From assembly GCA_965218095.1 (NCBI GenBank), contig OZ244587.1, positions 2,112,001-2,176,000 on the forward strand: 64,000 bases of DNA. The letters run 5' to 3'. This document shows, one piece after another, positions 1-10,473 of the stretch. The first letter of the stretch is position 1; every line of letters starts with the position of its first letter. The notes beneath the pieces were generated by a model that saw nothing but the letters and a program-made list of their open reading frames with translations, did not search any database and was not told the DNA's origin. The translations under genes and the position numbers were made by a program. Source of the stretch: Candidatus Poribacteria bacterium (GTDB lineage Bacteria; Poribacteria; WGA-4E; PCPOR2b).

Positions 1-2647
1 TGTTCACCGTGCCGTTTCAAACGACCTGTCCACATCTCCGAGTCGAACGGAAAAATTGATGACGACGCTCTTCCCCGATGTAGATCTGGTCATTGTCAGT
101 GGTTTTGATGTTTTCTCCCCTCCCGACCTCTCGATTCTGACCGGCATCGCCAATCTGCCGCCGATGAAAATGGGCATCGTTCTCGACTTCGATGAGCAGA
201 ACGAATCCCTCTTTGGGCATGTGAAAGAGAACTATGACCAACTTTTGAGTGTTGGGTTTCAGACCTCTCCCCCGGCCCCTCTCTTACAAGGAGAGTGGCC
301 GGGGGAGGGGTCCTCGCAATCCAGAATCCGCAATCAGCACTTCGCCCAAAATCTGTTCCGCAAGGACCGGTGGCTGCAATCATCGGATGAGAAACTAGAG
401 CTCACGAAACAGATGACCCTCGTGCAAGTATCAGATCGGGTCCAGGAGGTGGAGCAGATTGCCAGGTTGATCAAGCAGTTCGTATTGCATCAGCCCGCTC
501 TTGAACTCCATCGTGTGTGTATCACTTTCTACAACCTTGACATTTACGCGCCGCTCATTCGCGAGATTTTCCCGATTTACGGCATCCCCTATGCCCTGGA
601 TTGGGATGAAGGGCTTACGAATTCCCCGATCGTCGTATCGATCTTCGCGTTGCTTGATGTCATTGAAGGCAATGCGAGTCCGCGGAACAGACGTAAAGTC
701 TTGCAGAGTCCCTACTTCTCGATTGATGATTGGAGTTCGATGATTGACAATTGCGAATTAAAGACGGAGATGCCTCCCCATGCTTTTAGCGCAGCCTTCG
801 ATCAGTTGATGGAAACCTTAAATGTCCGTCAGCAGGTTCTGAAGGGAAGTTGGGAAGAAAAAACGCTGCTCGCCGCACACGAGATCAATGCCTATCGCCG
901 CTTCCGTGCCCTCATTGATGAACTGGTTAATTTTCTCATGGTGGAGTACGATGGGGAGCGTCATCACCGTCTGAACGCCTACGTCAACTGGCTCAGATTG
1001 ATGGCTTCACAAACCACTTATCAATGGGGTAATCTAGACAACGATGGGGTTTGCATTCTGCCGCTTGTCCAGACGAAAGAATTGGATTTTGATATTGTCA
1101 TCTTGGGCGGTTTGGTCAATGGCGATTTCCCCGCAGTTTTTCGCCCTGACGCTTTCCTGCATCCCAGGCGAAGTCGGAGTGAATCCGATCGGCTTCGTGA
1201 AGATCGCTTCCTTTTCTATCAAGCCCTCAAGCTATATCGCAAACATCTGTACCTGATTGCGCCACAGCGTGACGGTGAAATTGAACTGGTACAATCTTCA
1301 TTTATTGACGAACTCCGGCGCGTTGCTGACATCCACACCCTCCAGGATAACACCACGGCCCTTTTTAGTACGGAGAGTTTCCTCAAAGATTACGGGAAGT
1401 TTGCTTGGGAATCCGCAGGGGAAAGAATGGAAAGCGGGAAAGAGGAAAAAAGCGAGATTTCTATCCTTCCATCCTTCCCTTCCTCCCTTCCTTCCCCGCC
1501 TTCTACGCTTTTGCCCTTGCTTGATTTGATCGAGCATAATGTGCGTGTTGAAAAGAGCCGCACAGTCACACACGACCTGCCACAATACGAAGGCTGGCTT
1601 ATACGCGACTTGCTGTCTCGGACAAGCCGGCGTGCGCTTGAAGAACGGCGTGAAGGGGTTTATTCGGTGAGTCAATTGGAAAGCTATGGCCGGTGTCCGT
1701 TTCAGTATTTCTCCGATCGTGTATTAAGGCTGAACCGAATTGAAGAGGAGGAGGAGGAGGAGGGCTTAACAAACCGCGAAAGGGGGAGTCTGCTGCACGC
1801 GATCTTGTTTGAATTCTACGATCGCCGTCGTGACGAGCCGCCGATTTCCGCTTGTACGGATTCGGAATTTGAGGCGGCTGTACAGGAGCTCAGAGAAATT
1901 GCGCGAAAACACCTGAGTTGGGATGGGGTTAAACCGCGTCCCAGACACGGAGGACTGTTTTGGGAGATTGATGTGGAGACGCTCATCGGCGGGCATGGGC
2001 GGACGGGGGTCTTACCTGCATTCCTTGAAGCAGAAAGGGCGCGAAAATTTGAGGTACATCCCCAATATTTTGAGGTCGAATTCGGTTCTAGTGGCAGACC
2101 GGGACAAATAGATCCAATACTCGGCAGCAATGCGCCAATCGCGGTTGGGGAGGTCTCCCTGTCCGGGAAGATTGATCGAATCGAAGTGGGGGATGGGTTC
2201 TTCATTGTTGGCGATTACAAGACAGGGAGGGAAAACCCCAAAATCCGCGATATTCTTGAGGGACGCAGCCTGCAACTGCCAATCTATATCGCCGTTGCTG
2301 AGCAGTTGCTGAAGGGACGCTACCTTCGAGAAGTCAAAGGGGTGGGAGGCGTCTACTACGTTTTGCGGGAAGATAGCAAAGCGGAGCTTGGCATCGGGGA
2401 CAAGGCGTACGATGGCAGGGCGTTTAAGGCGTCTTCCCGAAGCGGGCAGTTGTTGCCCAATTCAAATCAGGGAATTGAGGACACGCAAATGGTCATCGAT
2501 TTGGCGGTCGAATACGTCAATCGGTATGTCGGTTCGATTGCCAGTGGAGAATTTCCATTGACCTCCCACGACAAGCAGCTAGTCTGCCGTTACTGTTCAT
2601 TCAAAAAGATCTGTCGTGTGGGCGAGATTTTAGAGGAAACCGGATAA
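1..2647 (+). CDS. addB: AddB/RexB-like helicase-nuclease subunit B, PD-(D/E)XK nuclease family (5' end outside window)
   Basis: Frame is open from base 2. Motifs YSVSQLESYGRCPFQYF, RGSLLHAIL, GKIDRIE...DYKTG, LQLPIY and C-terminal CRYCSFKKIC (Fe-S staple cysteines) are typical of AddB nuclease domains. Confidence 0.85.
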   Translation, partial: VHRAVSNDLSTSPSRTEKLMTTLFPDVDLVIVSGFDVFSPPDLSILTGIANLPPMKMGIVLDFDEQNESLFGHVKENYDQLLSVGFQTSPPAPLLQGEWPGEGSSQSRIRNQHFAQNLFRKDRWLQSSDEKLELTKQMTLVQVSDRVQEVEQIARLIKQFVLHQPALELHRVCITFYNLDIYAPLIREIFPIYGIPYALDWDEGLTNSPIVVSIFALLDVIEGNASPRNRRKVLQSPYFSIDDWSSMIDNCELKTEMPPHAFSAAFDQLMETLNVRQQVLKGSWEEKTLLAAHEINAYRRFRALIDELVNFLMVEYDGERHHRLNAYVNWLRLMASQTTYQWGNLDNDGVCILPLVQTKELDFDIVILGGLVNGDFPAVFRPDAFLHPRRSRSESDRLREDRFLFYQALKLYRKHLYLIAPQRDGEIELVQSSFIDELRRVADIHTLQDNTTALFSTESFLKDYGKFAWESAGERMESGKEEKSEISILPSFPSSLPSPPSTLLPLLDLIEHNVRVEKSRTVTHDLPQYEGWLIRDLLSRTSRRALEERREGVYSVSQLESYGRCPFQYFSDRVLRLNRIEEEEEEEGLTNRERGSLLHAILFEFYDRRRDEPPISACTDSEFEAAVQELREIARKHLSWDGVKPRPRHGGLFWEIDVETLIGGHGRTGVLPAFLEAERARKFEVHPQYFEVEFGSSGRPGQIDPILGSNAPIAVGEVSLSGKIDRIEVGDGFFIVGDYKTGRENPKIRDILEGRSLQLPIYIAVAEQLLKGRYLREVKGVGGVYYVLREDSKAELGIGDKAYDGRAFKASSRSGQLLPNSNQGIEDTQMVIDLAVEYVNRYVGSIASGEFPLTSHDKQLVCRYCSFKKICRVGEILEETG

Positions 2648-2705
2648 GTAGATGAGATAGCGGTTGATATGCTATAATTACGTGAAACGTGATGCGTGAA
2701 ACGTA

Positions 2706-2865
2706 CCACTGTTAAATAAATTATGACAGTAGGTCAATTTTCCAAAATTGACTCTCTGAAATCGCGTCGAGATTGGAATCTTGACCTACTGTCAAAACAT
2801 AATTTACAGTGTACTATACCCATCAATCCACCTTTACTGTCAAAACTAATTTCACAGTGTAGTAA
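2706..2865. repeat. Intergenic palindromic (REP/MITE-like) element
   Basis: TGACAGTAGGTCAA (2724-2737) and its exact reverse complement TTGACCTACTGTCA (2781-2794); the right end is partly repeated at about 2836-2865. Confidence 0.65.
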
Positions 2866-3032
2866 TGAGTAAATAAGGAGATTCTAATAGTTACTAATGC
2901 ACCCTCTCGTTCCCCAATTCTGCTTGGGGACAGATTTGTGCGAAGTTCTGCTTCCTCCTTTGGATTGTTGCGTATCTACAGTTAGTAGCAAGCTGATTGA
3001 GAGTTGGTATAAGATAAGGAGCAAAATCATCT

Positions 3033-4190
3033 ATGTATGTTGAAGGACCTTTATCTTCGTTGACCCGTGTGAAGAAAGCGCGCTCCCTGCGTGCCTCTTC
3101 GTGGGATACAACCGGAAGAAATAACGATGCCTGGAGTATTCAACCTGACGAGGCGCGAGTGCTTGCTGAGATCAAGGGACCTGGCTGCATCAACCACATC
3201 TGGATGACGCAACGAGACGGTTACCGGAATGTCCTCCTGTGCATCTTTTGGGATGACGAAGAACACCCCAGCGTGCTCTGTCCACTTGGGGACTTTTTCG
3301 GTTTGGGGCACGAAATCGTCAATTCCTACGATTCACTGCTGTTTTCGGCGTCAACAAATGGGAATAACCAGTTCAACACAGGCTGTGCGCTGAATTGCTA
3401 CGTGCAGATGCCGTTTAACAAGTCTGCACGGGTTGAGTTTGTCAACGAAGGCGATGAACCCCACCGTCAATACTTCTACATCGATTATGAACTTTATGAT
3501 CAATCCCTTGGCGATGATGTGGCTTACTTCCATGCGCAGTTTCGTCGAGAAAATCCGTGCGACGGGTGGGGACACGAGATTCGGGTCAACACGCCGGAAG
3601 CCAACATCGTCAACACAGAAAGGCTTGCCTGGGATAACAATTACCTGATCCTTAAAGCGGAAGGACGAGGACACTACATCGGCTGCAATCTCTCCATCAC
3701 CAATTTTCAAGGCACATGGTGGGGCGAAGGGGATGATATGATTTGGGTTGATGGATACAAGTGGCCGCCGGATCTCCACGGCACCGGATCGGAGGATTAT
3801 CTCAACCAGGCGTGGGGCATACAGCCCAACGCATTTCGACACAATGGTTCGTCAATCTACGAGCGTGACACCAATGGCTATCAAACGTCGTATGTGTTTC
3901 ATCTTGAAAATCCGGTCCGATTTGAAAAGGAAATCCGCGCCACCATTGAGCATGGACATGGGAATCATCTCCGTAACGGGATGTCTTCGGTCGCCTACTG
4001 GTATCAACTCGAACCGCATAAACCGTTTGGCATCCTACCTGTTCAGCAACGAAAACCAATTCTCAAGGATGAAAATGGGGAGTGGGTTATCGACGAGACT
4101 GCACAAACATCACAGTCGGAACCGGTGTTGAATGATGAAATGAAGCGGATGAAGGCGCAATGGGCGGAAAAACAGGAGAATGAAACGTGA
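3033..4190 (+). CDS. DUF2961 / glycoside hydrolase family 172 protein
   Basis: GPGCINHIWMT, PLGDFFG, YFHAQFRR, WWGEGDDMI, HGTGSEDY, IEHGHGN and SSVAYWYQ match DUF2961/GH172; SD AAGGAG upstream. Confidence 0.85.
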   Translation: MYVEGPLSSLTRVKKARSLRASSWDTTGRNNDAWSIQPDEARVLAEIKGPGCINHIWMTQRDGYRNVLLCIFWDDEEHPSVLCPLGDFFGLGHEIVNSYDSLLFSASTNGNNQFNTGCALNCYVQMPFNKSARVEFVNEGDEPHRQYFYIDYELYDQSLGDDVAYFHAQFRRENPCDGWGHEIRVNTPEANIVNTERLAWDNNYLILKAEGRGHYIGCNLSITNFQGTWWGEGDDMIWVDGYKWPPDLHGTGSEDYLNQAWGIQPNAFRHNGSSIYERDTNGYQTSYVFHLENPVRFEKEIRATIEHGHGNHLRNGMSSVAYWYQLEPHKPFGILPVQQRKPILKDENGEWVIDETAQTSQSEPVLNDEMKRMKAQWAEKQENET

Positions 4191-4387
4191 TGAGGAGTTT
4201 AGTAGTTCAAGAGTTCAGTCCCAATTTTCGGCGCAACCGAGTTGTGGATGGATCTTTTTCGGATGAGTTCAATCTGGCGACTAACCCCGATTAAGGATCG
4301 GGGTTAAGTTGACGGCTAATGAATACCAGTTAGGTATCACGCATCACGTTTCACGTACCTATTCACCACGATTTTTGGAGGATTTGA

Positions 4388-7300
4388 ATGTTTACAATTT
4401 TTCACGGGTTTTTGGCATTGACAACCGTTCATGCCAATGAAACAGCGGGGGATCAAGAAAATCCACCCGACGAGGTTGTGCAAGAGAATCTATCGACGGA
4501 AGAAGCAGAGGGACCAAAGGTATCTTCCGATGATGATGAAACGAATGAATCGGATTTAAAAGTTGAGCAAAGTGAAGACACGCAACCCGACGATGAGCAG
4601 AATAACGAAGACGTGATAGAAACACATCAAACCGTAGACGCAGAAGAACACAACTTGGAATTAAACGATCGTACGGAAAAATCTTCCGATAACCTTGAGG
4701 CGGAAGCTGTCACGGAAGAAGGGCGCATGGAGGAAACCTCCGAAGCAAGTGAAGCAAAAACTGAAGAAGCCGAAGACCAGGCGGCAGAAGCAATCACAAC
4801 AGATTCGGATCAGGAAACGAGCGAAGATGCTGAGATACCCCTCAGTTTTGGGGGTATTGATGAGGTGTATAATTTCGTCAATGAATTTCAGCACAGTCAA
4901 TCGAGCAATGCCGAGCAAACCTCTGCCAGCACTCAGGATAGCGCCGGCGGCGAAAAGAAAGCGGCAATCTTTGAACACCCCCGCGCCGACGGCGATGCGC
5001 GAATCGAATATGAGGTGACGCTACCGCAAGTAGAATCCAACGAAAGTCTGATCTTGCACTTCAGCATCGGGTTGAGGGACGGCGTCGATTTTGAACTGCC
5101 CCATACGGAGCCTGATGGGGTACAGTTTGCCATCGAGATTTCAGGTGAACGCCGCTTTGAAGGCGTCTCCGTCGCCTGTCAATGGGATGAGCGCCTCATT
5201 GACCTTTCTGATTTCGCCGAAAGCACGATCCAAATTGCGTTCCTGACCAATTGCAATGGCGCAGGCAATACCGACTACGACTGGGCTTTATGGGGCAATC
5301 CGCGCGTCTTAAAGCTCACCTGTGTTTCGCTGCCGGTTGAAAAGGGCGAAACTGAACCCAAAATGAGACGTGGACTTGCGATGGGACTCTTAGAAGGCGA
5401 GTCCCCAGAACTCTCTGTCACTGAATTTGATTTGGAGACATCTACGCTGGTATCCGAAATAGTAGATAAAATCAGCCAACAGATGCAAGCGAAAGTGGGG
5501 GCGGCGATTGTAGAGCTTGCGCTATACACAGAGCAACCAAAGTTGGAGCTCGTAACAGCGGGACCGACTGTTGCCCTCATTGCGGCAAAGGAGGATTTTC
5601 AACTGCAATGCACGATTCGCAACAACGGGCTGGTTCCACTTGAGCCCATCCACGAAGCGACTGTCGCGATAAGTCGGATTAAGTTGCAGCGTGGTCGATC
5701 TACACAGCTACTTAGAACGCTCAACCCCGGTGAGGAAACAGCAGTGTCGTGGAATATCCGCAGCTTTTCACGTGAGTCGGTGACGCAGGTGTCTGTCGCG
5801 CTTCGGTGTCAAACACCGACAGGTGAGATTCGCCAAACCGTTGACAAGACGATCGCAATTCATCCGGCAATCCCCAGAATCTCTAATCAAACTGCTCTAG
5901 AGTTACACACCCATGATCTGAATGGCCATGTAATTACCGAAAACCGGCATTTGCGTGCGGTCTTTGTGAGGGGAAATCAAGGATTTGAATACTATCTGCT
6001 CTTTGCCGCGAAAAATGGGCGTTACCGGCAAGTTGCAGTTTGCAACGCGATCTCAAAACTCTGCTATCGTGACTTGGCGGGAAACATTCAACACACCCGA
6101 ATTACGCCCTCCCTCTATCGTCTCGCCGGAAATAACCGTGGCGAATCGATTGTGTTGCTGTCTTCCGAGGAGAAGGACGCTGACGGCGTGCTCTGGTCTT
6201 ATGAAGGACGTTTTTCGTTGTCAGAGGGAACAAAACGGATCAATGTGGAATACCGTCTTGGTGCCAATCAAGATCGGGAATTGATCGCTTTCAACGGGCC
6301 GATGCTCCACGCAGGCGAATGGGCGTCTGGCGAGCGTAAGACCTTTGCCCTTTTCCCCGGCTTAGAATTTCTGGAAGATGATGAACCGTCGTCGAGTACG
6401 CGCGATGCAGCCTCTCCGATTAACAACCGACTCGTTCCCCATCCCTATAAAATTACGGTTCCGCTGATGGCTATTGAGCATAAAAAGTCGCTGGTTGGCT
6501 TAGTGTGGGATGCATTGGAAACCTGGGATGGCGAAAACAATATGCTATCGGCGGCCTTTGCTTCGCCGAATTGGTATGAACACCAAAGAAACCACCTGAT
6601 GGGGCTGTTTTTACCTACCGTTCCCGATTGGGTTGAAGAAAATCATCTGGAAATTTCGTGCTCATCCGATCAGATCGGACATCCCGGAATCGTCGGCGAT
6701 GCCCGGACCTTCACGCCGTATCCGCTGAAAGCGAACCAGCCAATTACACTCAAAGCACAAATTATTATCGACGGAAACGCTTCCATTTTGGATGCAATCT
6801 CCCACTGGACAGATGCCTATGGTGTGCTTGAGCCTCTGGAAGCACCACGCAGTGATGAGGAGGAACTTCTACTTTCGCGGCACGGCTTCATGCACACCAT
6901 ATGGGACGAAAAGACAGGAAAATCTCGACACTGCGTCGGTTGGACACCTGGGAATGCACCGGGCTTTGCAACGCTGCTGTGGTACGATCACCTCGTCCAA
7001 ACTCAAGATGACGCGGTGAGAGATGAATCGGTCAGGCAGCGGGTCCTTGAAATCGTCAAAAGTACGATTCAAGAATCTGGGGCAGGAGGACTGGTTTCCA
7101 CTGACCTCTGTCACATTTTGAAATGGGAAGCGCCGTTTTACTTCGGGCATATCGAAGCTGGACTAGATCGGCTCAAAGAGATTATGGGCCGATTGATTGA
7201 GGTGCAGGCAGAGGATGGCAGTTGGCGTTTTCACCCAACCACGGATCGCATCAAAACGCTGGGGAATGAAGGGGATGTCGTTTTAGGGACTTGTGCGCAT

Positions 7301-8305
7301 GCTGCCCTGATGCTGCTCAAACACGCTCGCGTCACGGGCGATTCGGAATCGTTGGAAGCTGGACTGAAAGGGCTAAAGTTCATGGAGCGATCCAGCATCC
7401 CGCGTGGCGCACAAACGTGGGAATGTCCGCTTTATGCCCCCGATATCCTCGCAGCAGCCCATGCCCTCGGCGCTTATGTTGAAGCCTACGAGAGCACCAA
7501 CAAGAAACGTTACATGGATTGGGCGGAATACTGGGCAAAAGCAGGACTACCTTTCCTGTATCATTGGCATCTGCCAGTTCGACCCGGTATGCGCTTTGCT
7601 TCTATACCGGTCTTCGGTACAACCTTCTATACCCATTCCTGGTTCGGTGTTCCGGTTCAATGGAACGGACTAGTTTATGCCTACTACCTTCAGCACCTCG
7701 CACGACACAAGCCCGAAAACGGGAACCAGCTTTGGTCCAAAGTTGCAGAGGGGATTACTGTGAGTGCAATGTACCAGCAGTGGACAGAAGGTGAATTGAA
7801 AGGAACGTATCCTGACGGTTTCTACGGTTTCTGCACCGAGGGTCGGGGGCCACACATCAATCCAGAGGGTATCATGGTAAACCTCTATGCCCTGCGCGGA
7901 CTCGATCCAGATATTTCTACCGCGATTCTCCGGAACCAACATGGGCGTATCCACCTGAGCACCGGTGCAAAAATCGAGGCGTTAGATTATGGTGATTCGG
8001 GCAGATTGACTTTCATGCTACGCTATGTTCAACACGAGACAAGCCATAGTATTATTACGGGATACGGCAGTAAATTCCGCAAAGCGGAATCCTCGGCGAA
8101 GTCGGGACCTTCGGCGATTCGGGGGCAAAACGAGGAGATCGCCGCTGTCGATAACCTCGAATCGGTTGAATCCGGCTGGGTTTATCGTGAGGAGAAAGAC
8201 ATCATCTTCATCAAATATAAACACCCAACTGAAGAGATGGATTTTGAAGTCCTTCCTCCGGCAAAAGCGGAAGCCACCCAAAATGAGATTGCGGGTGCGA
8301 TCTAA
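4388..8305 (+). CDS. Large multidomain hypothetical protein (acidic N-terminus, NPCBM-like, CARDB/Ig-like, C-terminal helical barrel-like region); putative glycan-active enzyme
   Basis: 1305-aa ORF with SD GGAGG. E/D-rich segment, then AIFEHP...DGVQF...DWALWGNP (NPCBM-like), QCTIRNNG (CARDB-like) and a Trp/Tyr-rich helical C-terminus. Function is inferred. Confidence 0.6.
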   Translation: MFTIFHGFLALTTVHANETAGDQENPPDEVVQENLSTEEAEGPKVSSDDDETNESDLKVEQSEDTQPDDEQNNEDVIETHQTVDAEEHNLELNDRTEKSSDNLEAEAVTEEGRMEETSEASEAKTEEAEDQAAEAITTDSDQETSEDAEIPLSFGGIDEVYNFVNEFQHSQSSNAEQTSASTQDSAGGEKKAAIFEHPRADGDARIEYEVTLPQVESNESLILHFSIGLRDGVDFELPHTEPDGVQFAIEISGERRFEGVSVACQWDERLIDLSDFAESTIQIAFLTNCNGAGNTDYDWALWGNPRVLKLTCVSLPVEKGETEPKMRRGLAMGLLEGESPELSVTEFDLETSTLVSEIVDKISQQMQAKVGAAIVELALYTEQPKLELVTAGPTVALIAAKEDFQLQCTIRNNGLVPLEPIHEATVAISRIKLQRGRSTQLLRTLNPGEETAVSWNIRSFSRESVTQVSVALRCQTPTGEIRQTVDKTIAIHPAIPRISNQTALELHTHDLNGHVITENRHLRAVFVRGNQGFEYYLLFAAKNGRYRQVAVCNAISKLCYRDLAGNIQHTRITPSLYRLAGNNRGESIVLLSSEEKDADGVLWSYEGRFSLSEGTKRINVEYRLGANQDRELIAFNGPMLHAGEWASGERKTFALFPGLEFLEDDEPSSSTRDAASPINNRLVPHPYKITVPLMAIEHKKSLVGLVWDALETWDGENNMLSAAFASPNWYEHQRNHLMGLFLPTVPDWVEENHLEISCSSDQIGHPGIVGDARTFTPYPLKANQPITLKAQIIIDGNASILDAISHWTDAYGVLEPLEAPRSDEEELLLSRHGFMHTIWDEKTGKSRHCVGWTPGNAPGFATLLWYDHLVQTQDDAVRDESVRQRVLEIVKSTIQESGAGGLVSTDLCHILKWEAPFYFGHIEAGLDRLKEIMGRLIEVQAEDGSWRFHPTTDRIKTLGNEGDVVLGTCAHAALMLLKHARVTGDSESLEAGLKGLKFMERSSIPRGAQTWECPLYAPDILAAAHALGAYVEAYESTNKKRYMDWAEYWAKAGLPFLYHWHLPVRPGMRFASIPVFGTTFYTHSWFGVPVQWNGLVYAYYLQHLARHKPENGNQLWSKVAEGITVSAMYQQWTEGELKGTYPDGFYGFCTEGRGPHINPEGIMVNLYALRGLDPDISTAILRNQHGRIHLSTGAKIEALDYGDSGRLTFMLRYVQHETSHSIITGYGSKFRKAESSAKSGPSAIRGQNEEIAAVDNLESVESGWVYREEKDIIFIKYKHPTEEMDFEVLPPAKAEATQNEIAGAI

Positions 8306-8436
8306 TACTATTTACAGATCTAATGGCTACTAATGCGCCCTCACCGTAGTGGCGACTTCAGTCGCTGAGGCGAGCGAATATATTTGCCACTGCCGGTTGG
8401 TCGCTGGCTCGCTAAATGAACGAAGGAGAATAACTG

Positions 8437-8685
8437 ATGGCAGATTATTCCATTAAACTTGGCGTCGTTGGCTGTGGGTTTACGGGCAGACAAACGGTCT
8501 TTGCTGCCACCGCACTTCCGTGCATAACCGCCGTTGCCGTTGCAGACCTCTTTCATTACAAGTTGGCGGTGGAAGACGAAGGGCGGCGGCATACCGTAAA
8601 AACGGGCGATGTGGCAGTCCCTGAAGCGCTTAGACCATTGATCCAACGGTTGACGGCTATGACATGCTCAACCCGACGTTCATAG
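8437..8685 (+). pseudogene. Chimeric remnant: Gfo/Idh/MocA N-terminus fused to an emfourin-like C-terminus
   Basis: SD AAGGAG, then Rossmann start KLGVVGCGFTG...AVAVADL, which switches abruptly to FHYKLAVEDEGRRHTVKTGDVAVPEALRPLI. Confidence 0.55.
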
Positions 8686-8752
8686 GCGCCGGCGTCCCTT
8701 AGGCTGAAAACAAGCTGCATCTGCAATCCGGGTAAATGAAAAGGAGCTTATT

Positions 8753-9697
8753 ATGTCCATCAAAATCTTGGTTACAAGACGCGAAGATCCAGAAGTTGAA
8801 GCGATACTCGAAGATGTCCCACCGGAAGTCGAGATTCGCTTCTCACCGCCGGGAGCAGCGCTCGGCGATCACGTTTCAGATGTCGAAATTATCTACGGGG
8901 GCATCGGTGAAGCCGATTTCCCCAAAGCCAAATCGTTACGCTGGGTGCAACTACTGTCAGCGGGCGTCGAAGGGATGATGTATCCCGCCTTCAAAGCGAG
9001 CGATGTGATTCTGACCAATTGCCAGAAGCTGTACGGTCTGCAGATTTCAGAACATGCCTTTGCCCTATTGCTGGCGCTCACTCGCAGCATCCCAACTCAA
9101 CTGGAGTTGATGAAACGGAAACATTGGGAGCGTGTCCCGTGCATCGAATTGGCGGGGATGACGATGGGTATTCTAGGGCTTGGCGGAATCGGTCGAGCGA
9201 TTGCAGCGCGCGCAAAGGCGTTTGAGTTCAAGGTGATTGCCATCGATCCAGAGCCAATGGAAAAACTGGATACGGTTGATCAACTCGGAAAACTGGATTG
9301 GCTCTCGGAATTTATGTCGAAATCCAATGTCGTGGTGGTCTGCTGTCCAAGCACTCCTCAGACCCATAAGCTTCTGTCGCACGAGCAGTTTAATCTGCTG
9401 CCGGATGGGAGTTACCTCGTCAATGTCAGCCGAGGCAAGGTGATTGACGAAGACGCCTTAATCGCTGTACTCCGTAGCGGCAAACTCGCAGGCGCAGGAC
9501 TGGATGTCACTTACACCGAGCCGTGTCCGCCAGAGAGCCCGCTCTGGACGGAACCAAACGTGATTTTGACCTCTCATAGCGCAGGCGCATCGCAGAACAT
9601 GCGCGCCCGTGCCACGCGCCTGTTTGTTGATAACCTGCATCGTTATGTCAAGGGCGATCCGTTGGTCAACCTTGTGAATAAGCAAAAGGGATACTAA
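8753..9697 (+). CDS. D-2-hydroxyacid dehydrogenase (NAD-binding)
   Basis: GILGLGGIG, LVNVSRGKVIDE, GAGLDVTYTEP and TSHSAG catalytic motifs. Confidence 0.9.
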   Translation: MSIKILVTRREDPEVEAILEDVPPEVEIRFSPPGAALGDHVSDVEIIYGGIGEADFPKAKSLRWVQLLSAGVEGMMYPAFKASDVILTNCQKLYGLQISEHAFALLLALTRSIPTQLELMKRKHWERVPCIELAGMTMGILGLGGIGRAIAARAKAFEFKVIAIDPEPMEKLDTVDQLGKLDWLSEFMSKSNVVVVCCPSTPQTHKLLSHEQFNLLPDGSYLVNVSRGKVIDEDALIAVLRSGKLAGAGLDVTYTEPCPPESPLWTEPNVILTSHSAGASQNMRARATRLFVDNLHRYVKGDPLVNLVNKQKGY

Positions 9698-9710
9698 GGG
9701 GAGGAACATA

Positions 9711-10455
9711 ATGCTTACGGAACAGCAAATCAGTCACTTTCAAACCTTCGGATTCCTGATCTTCCAGCAGTTGTTCAGTCCGGACGAACTGAACACCATC
9801 CACGCAGAGTTTGAACCTGCGATGGAGGCTGCATTCCGCGATGAGCCATTCGATGGAACGCGCCGGCATTGGCTGGTAACGATGGGATGGATACACCCTT
9901 CCTTGCCTCGTTGCTAGAAGACCCGCGATTCTGCGAGGCGGCAGAGAACTTTATGGCGACGACGTCTTCGGCATCGCCTCCGATATCAACCGTTACGTTG
10001 GGGATACCCACTGGCATCCCGATACAGGCAGCATCCATCAGTACAGCGTCAAATTCGCCTACTATCTGCAACCGGTGGGGGCGGAAAACGGCGCCTTGCG
10101 GGTGATTCCGGGGTCGCACAAGCAGCCCTTTCATGATGAACTGCGGCAGAAGATGAGCGAGTTAGAGCTTGGTATTCGTGACGTTCCCGCCTACGTCTTC
10201 GAATCGGAGCCGGGCGACGCGATTGCCTTCGATGTGCGGTGCTGGCATGCCAGTTGGGGTGGTGGGATTGATCGCTGGATGTGCGTCCTGGTCTACTACA
10301 ACAACCCCAAGACACCCGAGGAGGAAGAAGCTACCCGAAAACAGATCATCGGCAATGGGATTGACTATGTCCCCTGGGCTGCGAATGCCGAAGGGAATCC
10401 TAGGCGGAAACGGTGGATAGATCGTATGCGAGAGTTGGCTCCCGAAGCGTTTTAA
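9711..10455 (+). pseudogene. Phytanoyl-CoA dioxygenase (PhyH) family, two single-base deletions
   Basis: Three overlapping ORFs align end to end with the intact paralog at 13593-14399; one base is missing at about 9888 and one at about 9947. WHPD and WHAS are retained. May be an assembly error. Confidence 0.8.
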
Positions 10456-10473
10456 CGGAAAGGAGTGGAGATT

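Noticed and set aside
1742-1762. GAG trinucleotide run in addB as a phase-variation tract
   Set aside because: It is an in-frame poly-Glu linker, so a length change would not switch the frame.
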